Source: Camelus ferus
Taxonomy: Eukaryota
Length of the DNA: 64,000 nucleotides
Assembly (NCBI RefSeq): GCF_009834535.1
Contig: NC_045696.1
Span: 103,852,001-103,916,000, forward strand
Direction: 5' to 3'
The notes below the pieces were generated by a model that searched no databases, was not told the origin of the DNA, and saw nothing but the letters and a program-made list of their open reading frames with translations. The position numbers and the translations under genes were made by a program. Positions 51,939-64,000 of this stretch are shown here, in pieces; position 1 is the first letter of the stretch; every line of letters starts with the position of its first letter.

Positions 51939-53011
51939 TGAGTATAATATAACACAACTGCAGAGATGAAGTTTCCATTATGTAGTTTTTCCTTAACCAA
52001 AACAGTAACCACAGAAGGTCAGAAGCAGAGTTGGAATATTCTCCTAACCATTTAGATTCAAATTTATAACTGTTGTAATCCCACTGTATTTTAATACTCA
52101 GTGATAATCACCAGCAAATATGGTATCTTTTGGGGCTATTGGCAGGATTAAATGAGTGCAGGAAAGCCTTTTCCATGGTGTGCCACAATCTGTGCGGTAT
52201 AATGTTCACTGGTCTCGTGGAAACTTGGGTTAGACTCTGCACTTTGACTCTTCCTTTGAAAGGTGACTTCACTCTCATCAGTTTGTTTCCTCATTTGTGT
52301 TAGGGGTAATAGGACCTTCCTCAGAGGGTTGTTTAGATTGATAGAGATACTTGTGGGGCCCCTCTTGGGAAGCAGGACCCCAAAAATGGTGGCTTTACTA
52401 CTGACAGAGTTATCCAGAAGCCAGGCCTCAGGCTATCCCTCCGTGAGGGGCTCTGCAGCTCTGGGAGGAGCTGTCCCGGCCCCTCAGGGATGCCTTCTCC
52501 CCATCAAGGCCAGTCTAAGCGGGCAGTAGGACTTCAGACGCCAGGAAGTCCTGCTCAGACACTCTGATGAAGTCAGCTGGCTCCTCTTAAGCTGGAACGA
52601 TGATTACTCCTCTGAGCTGGTCACCAGGCAGGCATCATCAAGGCACAACCCAACATTCAGTTCAGTGGCCTTGAACAACGGGAGCTAACCAGTGCCTGGG
52701 CCAGAACTCTGAGCTAGCCCCAATCAAAGCCAGAACTGCAGTGTAAACCCCAGCTGTGTTCTGCTTTCTACTTACGTTGTGTTTAAACACACCAGGGTGC
52801 GCCCACACTCGTCTGGACCGCTCCATCTGTTCAGAAGGCTTCCTAAAGAGTCAGAGAAACACAAGCGTCCCTGCCTCTCCTGCCGTAGTCTTTATCAGTT
52901 CTAAAACAAGGGATTACTCAAATCTTCCAAACATCTAATTCTGCTGTCACTACAAAGACCCTCAAGTAAGCTTAATAGCAATATTGGATTAAGTTCTTCA
53001 ATTCTATTTCT

Positions 53012-53231
53012 TTCTTTTTTTATTGAAGTCAAGTTGATTTACAATGTTGTATTAATTTCTGGTGTATAGCATAATCATTCAGTTATATATATATTCAGGT
53101 ACAATACATATATATATATGTATTCCTTTTCATATTCTTTTTCATTATTGACCATTACAAGGTATTGGATATAGTTCCCTGTGCTATACAGTAGGACCTT
53201 GTTGTTTATTTTATATTATCTATTTTATATA
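53012..53231 (-). mobile_element. Lineage-specific L1 3' tail
   Basis: Perfect 15-bp TSD ttcaattctatttct at 52997-53011 and 53232-53246, followed by aa (L1 endonuclease-like TTCT/AA site). Confidence 0.9.
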
Positions 53232-54592
53232 TTCAATTCTATTTCTAAGTGAAATTAGAGAAAGAATATGTACTCCACTCATATTAATCAACACATACAA
53301 TTGGTGGCTTCTCTGCTCTGTTCTGTGTGCCTCAGATGCCTTGTAGTCCTGTTTCATTACCTTGGTGTTAAGTTTTAATTTTGTTCACTTTTAATGACAA
53401 TTAAAAAATATCTCATCTATGTCATGAAATTATGACATATTATGCTATGACTGTAAAAAGAGCTTTTTTTCTTTCTACTGCTCCCCCATGCCATCCCCCT
53501 CTCTCAGTGTGGAAATCTCCAAGACATGCTATTAAGGGAAGCAAGTTAATGAGAAATATGCCTCAGACATATTGCTAAAGGAAACAAATGAATAAAAATA
53601 TATTTTAAGGGAAGCTAGCCACAGAACAATATATGTTAAATGATCTTGTTCCTATTAAACATTACCTGTATTTCTGTATCTGTGTGTTAAATTTCTGGAA
53701 GAATGTCTGTCCAGCAGCTCACAGTATTCTCTCTAGAGGTGGGATTAGAGAACTTAATCTCTGAAGTTGTTTTCAGTATTGTTTGATCATCTCCCAGTGT
53801 GCACGTAGTAATTTTAATCATGAAAACAAGAATGCTGACCATGCAGTGTGTACCCACACATCTTCCATAAACTAAGCCATCGAGACCACTGCCCTGAAAC
53901 CGAGGACGAAATCCATCAGCCTCAGCTGGGTGCTCTGGGTTTGTTTATGGAAATGAAATGTCTCAGAACTCAATACTGAGGAGATGCTTTAATGCCTGAT
54001 GTCTTGGGAGGCAAAGCCTCTATCTACACTTTTAATGTTGGCTCTTATCCAAAATATTTACTCTTACCAACAGATGTCGGGAATTGATTTTTAAAACATC
54101 TTCTGATTCACCTTTATTTTAATTCTTCAAGTTGTGTTTAGCTGTTCTGATTCCAATAGATCGTTAGTGGGAGCAAAAAAAAAAATGTGCTTAGGCTTTA
54201 AATCCTCGAGAGACAACACACAATTTTCAGCAATAAAAAAAAGCACTTAAGATAAATTTTCACCCAGTCCAAGGCCACCAGCTGTGACACATCCTCTCAG
54301 CCCTGATACTGCTGTTGGAGAAGGAAGCCGCAGCCCCTCTGTGGCCCAGTGCAGGACCCTGTCCCTTCCCGTCACCCCTGCTGGGCCCAACTGGGCCCGG
54401 GGCTGGCCACCTGGGCCAGGGGGCCGGGCCCTCCCTTCCCCACGTGTCCTGCAGAGTTTTCTAATTTAAAACATTTTTATTTATCTATATATAAAAAAGA
54501 TAAATTAAAAAAACACTGGAACTCACCTCAAAAGAAACAGAAGGACTTATAGGTACAAGCCATGAGTTGTACGTATGAGTTTTCTTCAAAAA

Positions 54593-54598
54593 TTTATT
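54593..54598 (-). terminator. Polyadenylation signal AATAAA, probably for PXYLP1
   Basis: The plus strand reads tttatt, about 1.43 kb after the stop codon. Confidence 0.6.
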
Positions 54599-55367
54599 AA
54601 TAGAAACAGACATATTCAAATGCAACATTGGACAAAAACAAAGAGGAAAGGATGCAATGCCAACGGCACTGGGGAATCTCACTTGTACTTGACATTTCTT
54701 CGCACAGAACTAGCACCATTTTAGTCAGAAATCACAGATTTAATTATAATTGCTTCTAATATATAAAATACCTTACAAAGATTATTTAACTATCTAGTAA
54801 CAAAGTTCTTCCAAAAACTTATTTAAAAACCAAATTCGAAATTTACCATTTGAAACTGACGAAAATGGTTTAAAAATCGATCCGACTCTACGGCTTGTCA
54901 GAGGGAACGAGCCATCAGTTTTATTGGAAGAAAGTACCTGATCTCAAGCTTCCGGCTCCCTTCTAAACCACCAAGCAGATAGAGGAAACTGAATAGTACA
55001 TAGAATAAGAGCACATCTAAAACTGGTCTTAGAAAATATTCTCCTAGACTATAAAAATACTAAATGGAATACAAAAATTTCAGCATATACAGCAAGTAGA
55101 CTACAGCAGACAAATATTTCAAACATACTCGAAACTATCTTACACCACAATCGTCATGAACATCAAGTATTATTCTAATGACTTTTCTCTGATTCATTGT
55201 AAGTCCTTGTTTACCTCCCCTCAGGTTGTGTTATAATATCAGATACAGACCAGATTCCGTGTTTCTCACAGAAGTTAGTGGAGGCACCGCTGAATGAGTC
55301 TCGGTATTCAGCTGGTGCTCTCTCAAAGTGCTGAAGGTGCAGTTGTAGCATAGCCTGGTTTTTAGCT

Positions 55368-55590
55368 CAGGGGTCAGCAAACTACAGCCCACGGGCCACA
55401 CCTGGCCCAGTACATGTTTTGTGTGGCCAGTGAACGCAGCCACACTTACTCACTCACGTTGTCTGTGGTTGCTCTCATCTTACAAGAGCAGAGCTGCGTA
55501 GCTGTGACAGACGCTCTATGTGGCCTTTTGGTCCACAAATCGTATAATATTTACTATCTGGCTCTTTACAGGAAAAGTTTGCCCACCCTG
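55368..55590 (+). mobile_element. MER58A (hAT-Charlie MITE) inside the PXYLP1 3' UTR
   Basis: caggggtcagcaaactacagcccacgggcc...tatttactatctggctctttacaggaaaagtttgcccaccctg. Confidence 0.85.
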
Positions 55591-56019
55591 ATTTTAGAGA
55601 AATTACTTCAGGCCATTTTTCACTGAACAGGGACAAGGTCATATTGCCCCAGATTATGAAAATTTTGGCTGAGGTTTGCTGGTTCCATCATACAGTACCA
55701 AGGCAGATCAAAAGAATACACATTTAGATTGGCAACTTTGGGTACTAAAGTATTATTCTGGCATCATAAGGAGAACCTGGCTATGATTAAGTACCTTCCT
55801 TTCTCTGTGAACTCGCCATCGTGGACCAAGTCACTCATGTACCCAGTTACAGCAATATACTCACTGTTCAACCCAAACCATCTACGTGGCCCCCAAGCAC
55901 GATCTCCAGCCTTCAAAAGTCTATCGTTTTGTACCCTTAGCAACGGATAGAAATAGAAGCGAACCTTTCCCACCTCTTCGTATTGACACAGATTCTGTTA
56001 GCGCCGCACTGCCTACCTT

Positions 56020-56957
56020 TCAGAGTCCTGCCCTGTGACATGCATCATGATAATTAGTACCACCACCACCCAGGGCCACAAACATGTCCTTTTTGACAAA
56101 GCGGACTAAGTTTTCGAGGGGGCACATGGGCTTGAGAGAACGCTTGTGGTGGTCCTGGCAGAAGGAGGTGTGGAACGTGACATCCACACCGTTGTAGAGA
56201 ATCCGGACGGAGTGCTCGCTGGGTTTCTCCCTGTCTTGCCACAGCTCAAAGATCAGCCTGGCTGCAAACCTCGGGAATCTGGCTTCCGTAAGGCCCAAGG
56301 CACTAAGAACTGGCGACAGCGTGACGTCATGAGCCGAGTAGAGAGCAAAGAGCTCTCCCCGCCTGCCCTCTGCGGCGCGCTGCATGCGGCCGATGGTCTG
56401 ATTCAGGATGGGGTGTGCGCCCAGGAGCGCGTACCCCAGATACAGTTTCTTCTCCTGCCTCTCTCTCTCATCCTCTATCTGATGCGTCTTGATCACCTTG
56501 AAGTGCTCCATGCCAATGCAGCCGTTGCGGGTGCAAGGGAAGCTGACGTTGTGGCAGAAGTGGCAGAGCATGGAGTCTATGGGGTTGGCAGCCCGGAGCT
56601 GCTTGGTGGGGACGTCCACGATCCTGGCCATGTCCCCATAGGTCCTCTCCAGCTGGTTGTTTTTCAAACGTAACAGGTACTGCCGACGCTGCTCCTTTTC
56701 CAGATAATGGTTCCTCACCGGGCAATAGCAGTTTCCAGAGCAGAACAGAGCACTGGGCTGGTGCCTGAAATAAATCTTCTTCCAGTCAAAATCGGGGAGA
56801 AAGCCATAAAGCAAGGCCAGCCCACTCTGCAGCGTCCGGCTTTTGCCAGTGGTCTCTAAGTAAAGCTGGTCCATGGACCAGTCACTCGGCAGGAGCTTGT
56901 GTTTCTTTAGATAGATGTCCCTCAGCAGCTGGCCGTTCTGCAGGTGCTGCACAACCC
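56020..56957 (-). CDS. PXYLP1: PXYLP1 (ACPL2) terminal coding exon, 2-phosphoxylose phosphatase 1 (histidine acid phosphatase family)
   Basis: ORF 56020-56979 translates GVVQHLQNGQLLRDIYLKKHKLLP...LYSAHDVTLSPVLSALGL...CPLENLVRFV, which I recognise as the PXYLP1 C-terminal ~310 aa including the HD motif. Acceptor tcttgtgtttcAG (AG at 56959-56958). Phase 1 matches the upstream exon. TGA stop at 56022-56020. Confidence 0.97.
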
Positions 56958-59900
56958 CTGAAACACAAGAGTGCCACATGCCTGCATGACTACCCGCTTA
57001 GCAGGGGGAACAGCTGGGGGGGCCAAGGCACGTCCAACTCTGGAGTGCTTTAGGCAGCATATGATTATATGACCGAGCCCAGCCGCTGCTGCATGGAAGC
57101 CACAAGAATGGGCTCACATCAGGGTGCAAAGGGAGCCCTGTGGGCTTATCCACAAAGGAATGAGCAGAGCCCTGTCCTCTGGACCTGCGGACTTTCCAGG
57201 GAGATCAAGGACCATCTATCTGCCTCCATCCCTCCCTGTTGACCGGCCCCTCCTCAGGAGAGGGGCATGACTGGTGAGGCTCAGAGGGCAGGAATCACCC
57301 CGCTGGTGGACATCTAGGTGGTAGTCGGCAGGGGCCTAAGGAGAGCTTTCTCTCTCCTGGCCAGGGACACAGCATTCCCCAGTGTGCCCAGGGACTCATG
57401 GAAATCAGTCAGGCAAGGGGAACAAATCACTTGCTGACTGCCTAGTCCCCTCCCTGTGGGGGATTCCCTCCTTCACCCCACCACCCTACTATCCCAGCTG
57501 AAGGCTCTCTGCTAACCTAGGTACGTCCTGCCCAGTCCTGCTGGGGCTTCACCTGCTCACCTGCAAGAATACTCTCTCTGTATGGATGTGGAATGATCTC
57601 CCAGATACCCAGACAGAATATTTGGGGGAAAAAAGAAGGCAGAACAGTATGTTTATTACACTCCTTTTAAATAAAAATGGGGGAAAAAATAAGAACGTGG
57701 ATTGGCGGCTGCCTGTGTTTTGCATAAGGAACCTTAGGAAGGCTGCACAATGGTTACCTGGGGATGACAGGGGCACAGAAATGGGGGCAGGGAGATGGAA
57801 CGTGGGTAGGAGCACGAATTTTAAGTTTATCTTTTAGTTGTAGTTTTGGACTACATGCAGGAACTGTGCCATAGTACAGTAATACATTATCTTGAAAGAT
57901 AAAGTGAAAATGCCTTATCTTCAAGCAGAAGGCAGTCCAAGGTAAAAGCAAGCTCACACTCCAGCCAACAGGATGTTAGGATGGAATTTCAGAGAGAAAT
58001 CTGAATTCTCTGAGCGTGTAAACCAGAGGCAGGCCCAATGACCAGCAATGCCATTTATTCAGCTACCCAAATGGTTTGAAAAGCCCCACTATGTTGATGA
58101 GACAACTTCAGGCTGAAATGCATGAGACAGAGGGAATGGTGTAGGCCCAGGAAGAGAACAGTTCAGGAGAAAACCCACGAAGGATGTCTGCATCCTGCTC
58201 TGAATGAAGAGTACTGAGAAGCAGAATTCCCTCAGAGATCTGGGCTGGGTCAGGTCTTAGCATTTCCAAGTGGCCTGCAAAAGGGGCAAACCGCAAGTGA
58301 CAAACATCAAGAATCTGTCTGGCCCCCATTCCCCTCTGGGCCTACCTGTACTCTGAGGCTACAAATGTTAAGGTTGGCATGTTTACCAGGTGCCAGACCT
58401 TTCTCCTTTAATCCTCACAAAAAACCAGCAAAGAAGGCATATTATTGTCCCCCTTTTCCTTCTTTTACTGAGGAGAACACTGAGGCCTGAGCCTTTCACA
58501 GTTAACAAGTGGTCGAGGCAGAACTCCAGCCCCCATCTGGCCCCAACCTTGTGCTCTTAGTCCCGGCTCACAGCCCTGTCTCCCAACATGTTCACGCAGA
58601 AACACTGAGTTCCACCCTTCTAGGGGCTTCTCCTTCTCTCAAAACACAGCCTGCATCTTCATGACTCTGTTCATGCCCTTCCCTTTCTCTGCCCAGTGAA
58701 ATCCTCATCTAACACCTGGCTCCAGTACCACCTACTCTGTTGCCTTCTTCTCTCCCAGTTTGGATTCATCATTTTCCCTCCTGCTGGCACAGCCCGCTGG
58801 ACCTCTGAGGCATTGCTGTATTCATTATTCATTGAGTCTAGTTTATGCTAGCATTGTGCTGGGCACTTAATGCACATCATCTAATTCAACTTGCCACCAG
58901 TTCTGTCGGGAAGATGTCGGGAAGATGTCATGAGCCCCATCTCATAGTGTGTCTACTCCAGGGCCCATGTTTATTCTGTAAGAGCCTGCAGCTGTCAGCG
59001 GTACCCTCAGTGGGCTCCACGCACTATCCCATGGCAGCTGCGGGCTCCGTTAGGACAGGCAGGGGAGCGTCCTAGCCCTCAGCCACCCCCTCCCCTTCAG
59101 GCAGCAGCTGCCAAAGCATCTGGGACAGAGGAGGCACGGATGATCAACCTCATCTTACAGAGTTCTGCGGGGTGCACAGAGTGTGCCAGTTATAAATGAT
59201 TATTCCAACAGAGATGGAAAAACTCAAATAGAAGATAAAAGTGACCATTAAAAGAGAACAAGGAAAAACGAGCAAAGAGTACTGCAAAAATGATTTCTAG
59301 AGTAATATTAATTTAGAAAATGGTGATAATAGATCAATTGAGAAGAAAGATCAGAATGAATAATGCTCGATGCAGTTACCCGACCACCTAGCCAGCTGGT
59401 GGACACTGACCCTCAAGGACTGCACCAGGTTCTCTCAAGAATTTGAACTTGTAAGTTCATCTCTAGGTGTGGCTAGGACTGTCTCTGTTGACAGACACAC
59501 AGCAAAACCACAGAGGCAGGGACAGACAGCCTTTTTATTCCTGGTTACAGCCTCTGGAGGCCTGGTCATATTCTTGCCCTTAGAGCCTGTGAGTCACCCC
59601 AACTTTTTATAATGAATGACCTTTTATTGCTTGAGTTACTCTCTGTTACTCACAACCAGTGATCGTCAGCCAGTATGGTTCTGCCCTCAGGGAGGGTTTG
59701 GGTTGCCACAATAACACAGAGAAGAACATTCCCGACACCTAGCGGGTGGGGCCAAGGGGCTAGACAGTCTCCACAATGAACTCTTCTCTGCCCCACATAG
59801 CTTTTGAACGCACAAGACATTCCCACGTGCGAAAACCCTGTTTAAATACTTCAGTTTTGAATCCAGCTTTTTGTGTCTATAAACACAAAAGCATTTTTGC

Positions 59901-61433
59901 ATAACATTAGCAGCCTCTGAATTTTCCAGAAATGCAATATAAACTAAGGCACATCTGTATTTTGTTTTGATCAGACCTTGTCAAAAAAGTAAAAATCATG
60001 TCCTGACAGGAGGTATGAGAGTCACCAGTACAACACCCCTCCGTCTACATTTGTAGCTGTCACAGACACCAATCTACACTGAAGTGCAAGCAGTCGGTTA
60101 CCTCCTATTTTCTAGTAAAGGTGTGCGCAAGCATTTATGTTGAAATATATAGAAGGTACATAATAGTTTCCTTTTGTTCCTTTATATTACAATTAGGGTG
60201 CCTGATACAACTTTGTTTTAAATTATGTCTATAGAAAGGTTATATTTGAATTTATTTCAGGTTAGTTAAAAGAACATCACAAAATACTTGTTAATAAAAG
60301 GGGGCACTGGATCTGATGGGAGGTGAACTGTTTTAAACTAAGGCAGAGCTTGTTTGTGTGGAACTAATTATCAAAAGCTTTTGGCAACACTCCTTATTCG
60401 AGGCTAGTCCTCCAGAGCCTTCAGCTTGCCCTTCTCTGTCACTTACTATCACTCTCCCCAGTAATAACAGCTTTTAAAATATGGCAAAACCAACAGGGCC
60501 AAGTACCAGGAGGGAGACCTTCCTTCCATCAAAGCTGAAGATGCTGTTGGAACAAGGTAACGGAACATGGTCATCCCAATCCTTCCAAAAGGCTCGTGAC
60601 CAAGCAAAGGTCCTTTGAGGCCTCAGACTGAAGAAATAGGTCTTAGGGGACCACCAGCACCTTCTCATCCCAACAAAGGTGACCCCACAGTTAACTCACC
60701 AACCTATGCTGACAGTGAACTGGGTGCACAACGGTACAAACAGGGCTGTAGAGGGAGAGATAGGCTTCTGTGAGGAACCCACTTGCCAGACAAACTCTAT
60801 GCTCAGCGGGGCTCTGCCGTTCACAGGTCTCCCTGAGATCTTGCACATTAAAACCTTTCAGCTGTTTTGTCTGACATATGTAAGAACATGGGATTGGTCA
60901 CATAAGTTGTGGCCCATCCACAGTGGAATAATATGCAGCCATCAAAAGAGATGTTGATGAATTATTGATAGGGCAAGATTATCACAATATATTGTTATAT
61001 GAAAAAGTGGGTTAGAAAATAGTGTGATTAATAAGATACCACTGTGTGTATGTATATGTATATGTGAGTGTGTGTGTGTGTGTGCGCATGTGCTCTCACA
61101 GAGGTGTCTCATTAAACACAGGAAGAAAGATTACTAATTTCTTTGATGGGATTATAAATGCTTTAAATTTTTCTTCCTTTTGCTTAATTATCTTTCCTAG
61201 TTTCTCTTCTATGCACATATATTGTTTTTGTAATAAGAAAAAAGGTTATTTTTAATTTTTAGAAATCAGTTGTTTAGTTAGATACCTTGGTAGGCTCACG
61301 GCCACTTGAGGTGCTGGTCCTGACTCACCCCTGTGCCCACAGAGCCCACCCCAGGAGGCCCTGCTGCACATGTCCGTCCGCCAAATGCAGAAGCAGGTGG
61401 GGGAGTACGTGGGGGGACGGCGGTCACACATAC

Positions 61434-61573
61434 CTGTCTGCGTCAGCTCTCCCATCTCACATAGCTGGTGACTGGGGTAAAGAGGCAGTGAGTGCAAGGG
61501 GCTTTCGAAAGAGGCTCCGGATCCTTTTGACATGTGACTAACGAAAGCCTCCAGCTTAGGGTGATATGGTTTC
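61434..61573 (-). CDS. PXYLP1: PXYLP1 penultimate coding exon (140 bp)
   Basis: Translates KPYHPKLEAFVSHMSKGSGASFESPLHSLPLYPSHQLCEMGELTQT(G). Acceptor tgtctctttAG at 61575-61574, donor G|GTATGT at 61433. Splices in frame to the terminal exon (LTQT-G-VVQH). Confidence 0.95.
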
Positions 61574-62530
61574 CTAAAGAGACAACACAGAGGATTAGTG
61601 GTAAGCTTGCTCCAAAGCTGTCCACAGTGACTGCAACTTCAGCAAGCAAGATCCCAAGTGAATCATGCCCTTTCTCACCCACACAGTCCATTCCAATTTC
61701 TTTCTTACTCGACCGCTGGTATCTACACATAACACCCCCACTCCGTCAGGCCAGCCCAAGTCCCCGCCCTCTACTGGAGCGCCCATCATTCTCTGCACGG
61801 AGGGAGTCAGCGCTGCCCTCAGCCCGCGCCCCTCCTGTCTCCCTCTCTAGGAGGCACAGACCCCCCACCCGGCAGCTAAGCTTAGGATGGGGGGGTCCTC
61901 CTCCATTTCTCCCTCCCCCACCTCTGCACATGTGTTCTCCTGGGCTTCTCCACCCCTCTCCTCCGCATCCCTGCATCCCTGGGCTGGTTCTGGATGGCAT
62001 GGGCTCTTCCTCAGCCCGCCTGCAGGCTCATCTTGCCTCCTCCACTGCCAGTGAGATTGACGTAAAGGGCAACCCAACCATCACTGCTCTTCCCTGGAAG
62101 GAGTCATGCACAGCTGTCTGTCTATTTTGGCCCCCCGTCACTTTGAGGCTCAGGGCTCCCTAACAATGTGCTCTGGCCACACGCAGCATGTGCCTTCTGT
62201 GGCCCCAGCACACCTCGTTCTTTACGCTTCCAAGACTTTCCACACGCTGCCTCTTTCTCCTAGAAAACCCACCCCAACCTTCACTGGGGTAACCCTCAGT
62301 TGTGACCTCTGGAAAATCTGTGAAGAAAATAACTGACGAAGATAACCCAGATCTCTACAGCTCACTATGCATTTTGCACACATGGGATCTCCTAGAACGT
62401 GGGGTGGTAATGAATAGTGAAAAAAAAAACAGGTTATTTATGAGATCTGATATTTATATTTCCTCCATGAAGTACACTTGGTAAACCAAGATTTATCATT
62501 CTAGTCGCTAACACGCAATTTCCCTGAAAA

Positions 62531-62640
62531 AATGAAACGACCTATGAATACATACACATTTTCTCTGAATAATGAGATGACCAATGAATATCCCCACCTT
62601 TTCTTTGAATAATGAAATGGCCTATGAATGTTTATACATC
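62531..62640. repeat. Diverged 40-bp tandem repeat (~2.75 copies) in a PXYLP1 intron
   Basis: Units start aatgaaacgacctatgaata, aatgagatgaccaatgaata and aatgaaatggcctatgaatg at 62531, 62571 and 62611. Confidence 0.85.
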
Positions 62641-63628
62641 GTCCAGCTGAACAGAGGCGGACAGATAGAGTAGTTCCCAACTAAACTAAATCGGCATGAA
62701 AAGAAGCAAAGATACATTGTTTAACGGCAGTTCCCTGCTATCTGAAAGGCTAATTAACTTTGGCAGTGCTTTTACCAGGGCTGCCAAAATGGGTTTATTA
62801 TCTCTCAAAAACATAAAGCTAAAAAAAAAACCCATTACAAAAATATGTTTCAAAATTAGAGACTGCTAATCCTGATGCAGTGCATTCTAATAAGTCACCC
62901 TGGTGGCTGCAGGGCATTATGGCTTTCCCTAAAAAACAGAGAATATGTTCTTTCTCCTGAGGCTAGAACACATAAATATTCACAAGCTGGGAATAAAACG
63001 TCCAGACTTGATAATGAAGCTGCCAAAACAAATCCTTATAAACAAAGGCCAGCCATCAACAGGAGTCAAATATTCTGCTCCAGGCCATTATTTCAGGTTG
63101 GAGAATTTTTTGAGGATCTGACAAAGCTTTGCTACCATTTTAGAAGTGCAATTTCATGACTGACAGTGTTTGCCAAGATGTCGTGGATTTTCTGGGCATC
63201 TGATGACTTAATGATGCGTTAATATCCAACTGTATTTATGAGAAATTGTTTTTGATAGGGAAAGATGAAGATGCATGGAAGAAAAACTTCACTTCCAGAA
63301 GAGATACCAAACGACTTGGTCTTTTAAACAGGAAGAGGACCAGGTAGCCTGAGTCCCCGGGCCTGTCCAGGAACTGAATGACCAGGTCCTGACTGCCTCA
63401 TCCACTGCTCCATCCCTGGAGCTGAGAGGGTACCTACCTAGCACATGGTGGAGACATGTGTGAATGAATTCAACTGGGAAATGCCCCATCTTTAGATGCT
63501 TCAAGAAAAATGTAAGCCTTCTATAATCTGTAGCAATGAATATGGCATGTTCCCACAGTGCTTATTAAAATATTCAGATTTTGATGGAAATATTAAAAAT
63601 GAAGGCTGTTGTGAGTGAGACTGACTTG

Positions 63629-64000
63629 TGACAGACCAAACTCTCTTTGACCAAACTTTAGTCTCCTCTGAACCTCTTCCCAACCTGGGCCTGGACCTCT
63701 GGACTTTCATGTCCTTTGGCTTTACGTCTGCCTTTGCATGCTGCTAAATCCTGCTAGGTGGGTTTAGACAGAACCTCCCACTCTTGATATCTGATCACCC
63801 CTGGTATCTGATCAAATTCCTCATCCCCCAGTGGTATCTGATCACTCTGGTCTGCCTTCAGCATGAGTTCTTTAGCCAGAACCCCCTCACCCTTGGTGGC
63901 TCCTCTTAGTAATCTTCCATCCACTGACTCCCACCCTGCTACTTGGCTCCCAATCCCCACTTGTCCAGGCTGTGTTTGGAACTGAGCCCAGTTCTATACC
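63629..64000 (+). mobile_element. ERV1 LTR (MER31-like), running off the window edge
   Basis: tgacagaccaaactctctttgaccaaactttagtc...agaaccccctcacccttg...tcctcttagtaatcttccatccactgac. Confidence 0.7.

Larger units (their letters stand above)
54575..56019 (-). other. PXYLP1: PXYLP1 3' UTR (3' end approximate)
   Basis: AU-rich sequence after the stop codon. AATAAA on the minus strand at 54598-54593, with a second at 54481-54476. Confidence 0.7.

Noticed and set aside
56146..56673. 175-aa plus-strand ORF
   Set aside because: It is the antisense shadow of the PXYLP1 coding exon, with no independent start context or recognisable protein.
56958..56979. N-terminal MWHSCVS of the 319-aa ORF
   Set aside because: Intronic read-through upstream of the splice acceptor; the true exon starts at 56957.
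58904..58929. 11-bp tandem duplication tgtcgggaaga
   Set aside because: An ordinary slippage-type duplication in an intron.
61534..62163. 209-aa plus-strand ORF
   Set aside because: Pro/Ser-rich translation of a C-rich intron, antisense to PXYLP1, with a non-ATG start and no recognisable domain.
63785..63850. Three spaced copies of tatctgatca resembling a repeat-spacer array
   Set aside because: They lie within the MER31-like LTR. They are too short and irregular for a CRISPR array, and the DNA is mammalian.

Overview
Mammalian genomic DNA, most likely a cetartiodactyl and plausibly a camelid. This rests on several young artiodactyl-type L1 3' ends and no recognisable primate, ruminant, pig or whale SINEs, so it is inference. 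The only supportable protein-coding sequence is the last two exons of PXYLP1 (ACPL2, 2-phosphoxylose phosphatase 1) on the minus strand (61434-61573 and 56020-56957), followed by a ~1.45 kb 3' UTR. About 50 kb downstream on the same strand is a CpG-rich promoter with two spliced non-coding exons (~4829-4975 and 4268-4436). By known human synteny (PXYLP1-ZBTB38) this is probably the 5' end of ZBTB38. The rest is intergenic or intronic, with L1, L2, MaLR/ERV LTRs and hAT MITEs. The best second-look items are: (1) an apparently L1-retroposed copy of an endogenous-retrovirus RNA (R-U5, tRNA-His-like PBS, leader, TSD) nested in a Charlie1 transposon; (2) an orphan CpG-island promoter at ~45.9-46.7 kb with tandem ZNF143, NRF1 and ETS sites and splice donors on both strands; (3) two identical, convergent CTCF cores that share an upstream CTGCAG at the same spacing; (4) a ~107-bp templated insertion into an old L1; (5) a tailless U6 retropseudogene; (6) an AT-rich block with a possible decayed exon skeleton. 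I see no evidence of a novel protein-coding system. Repeat family names were recognised by eye, not by database search, and many repeat boundaries are approximate.
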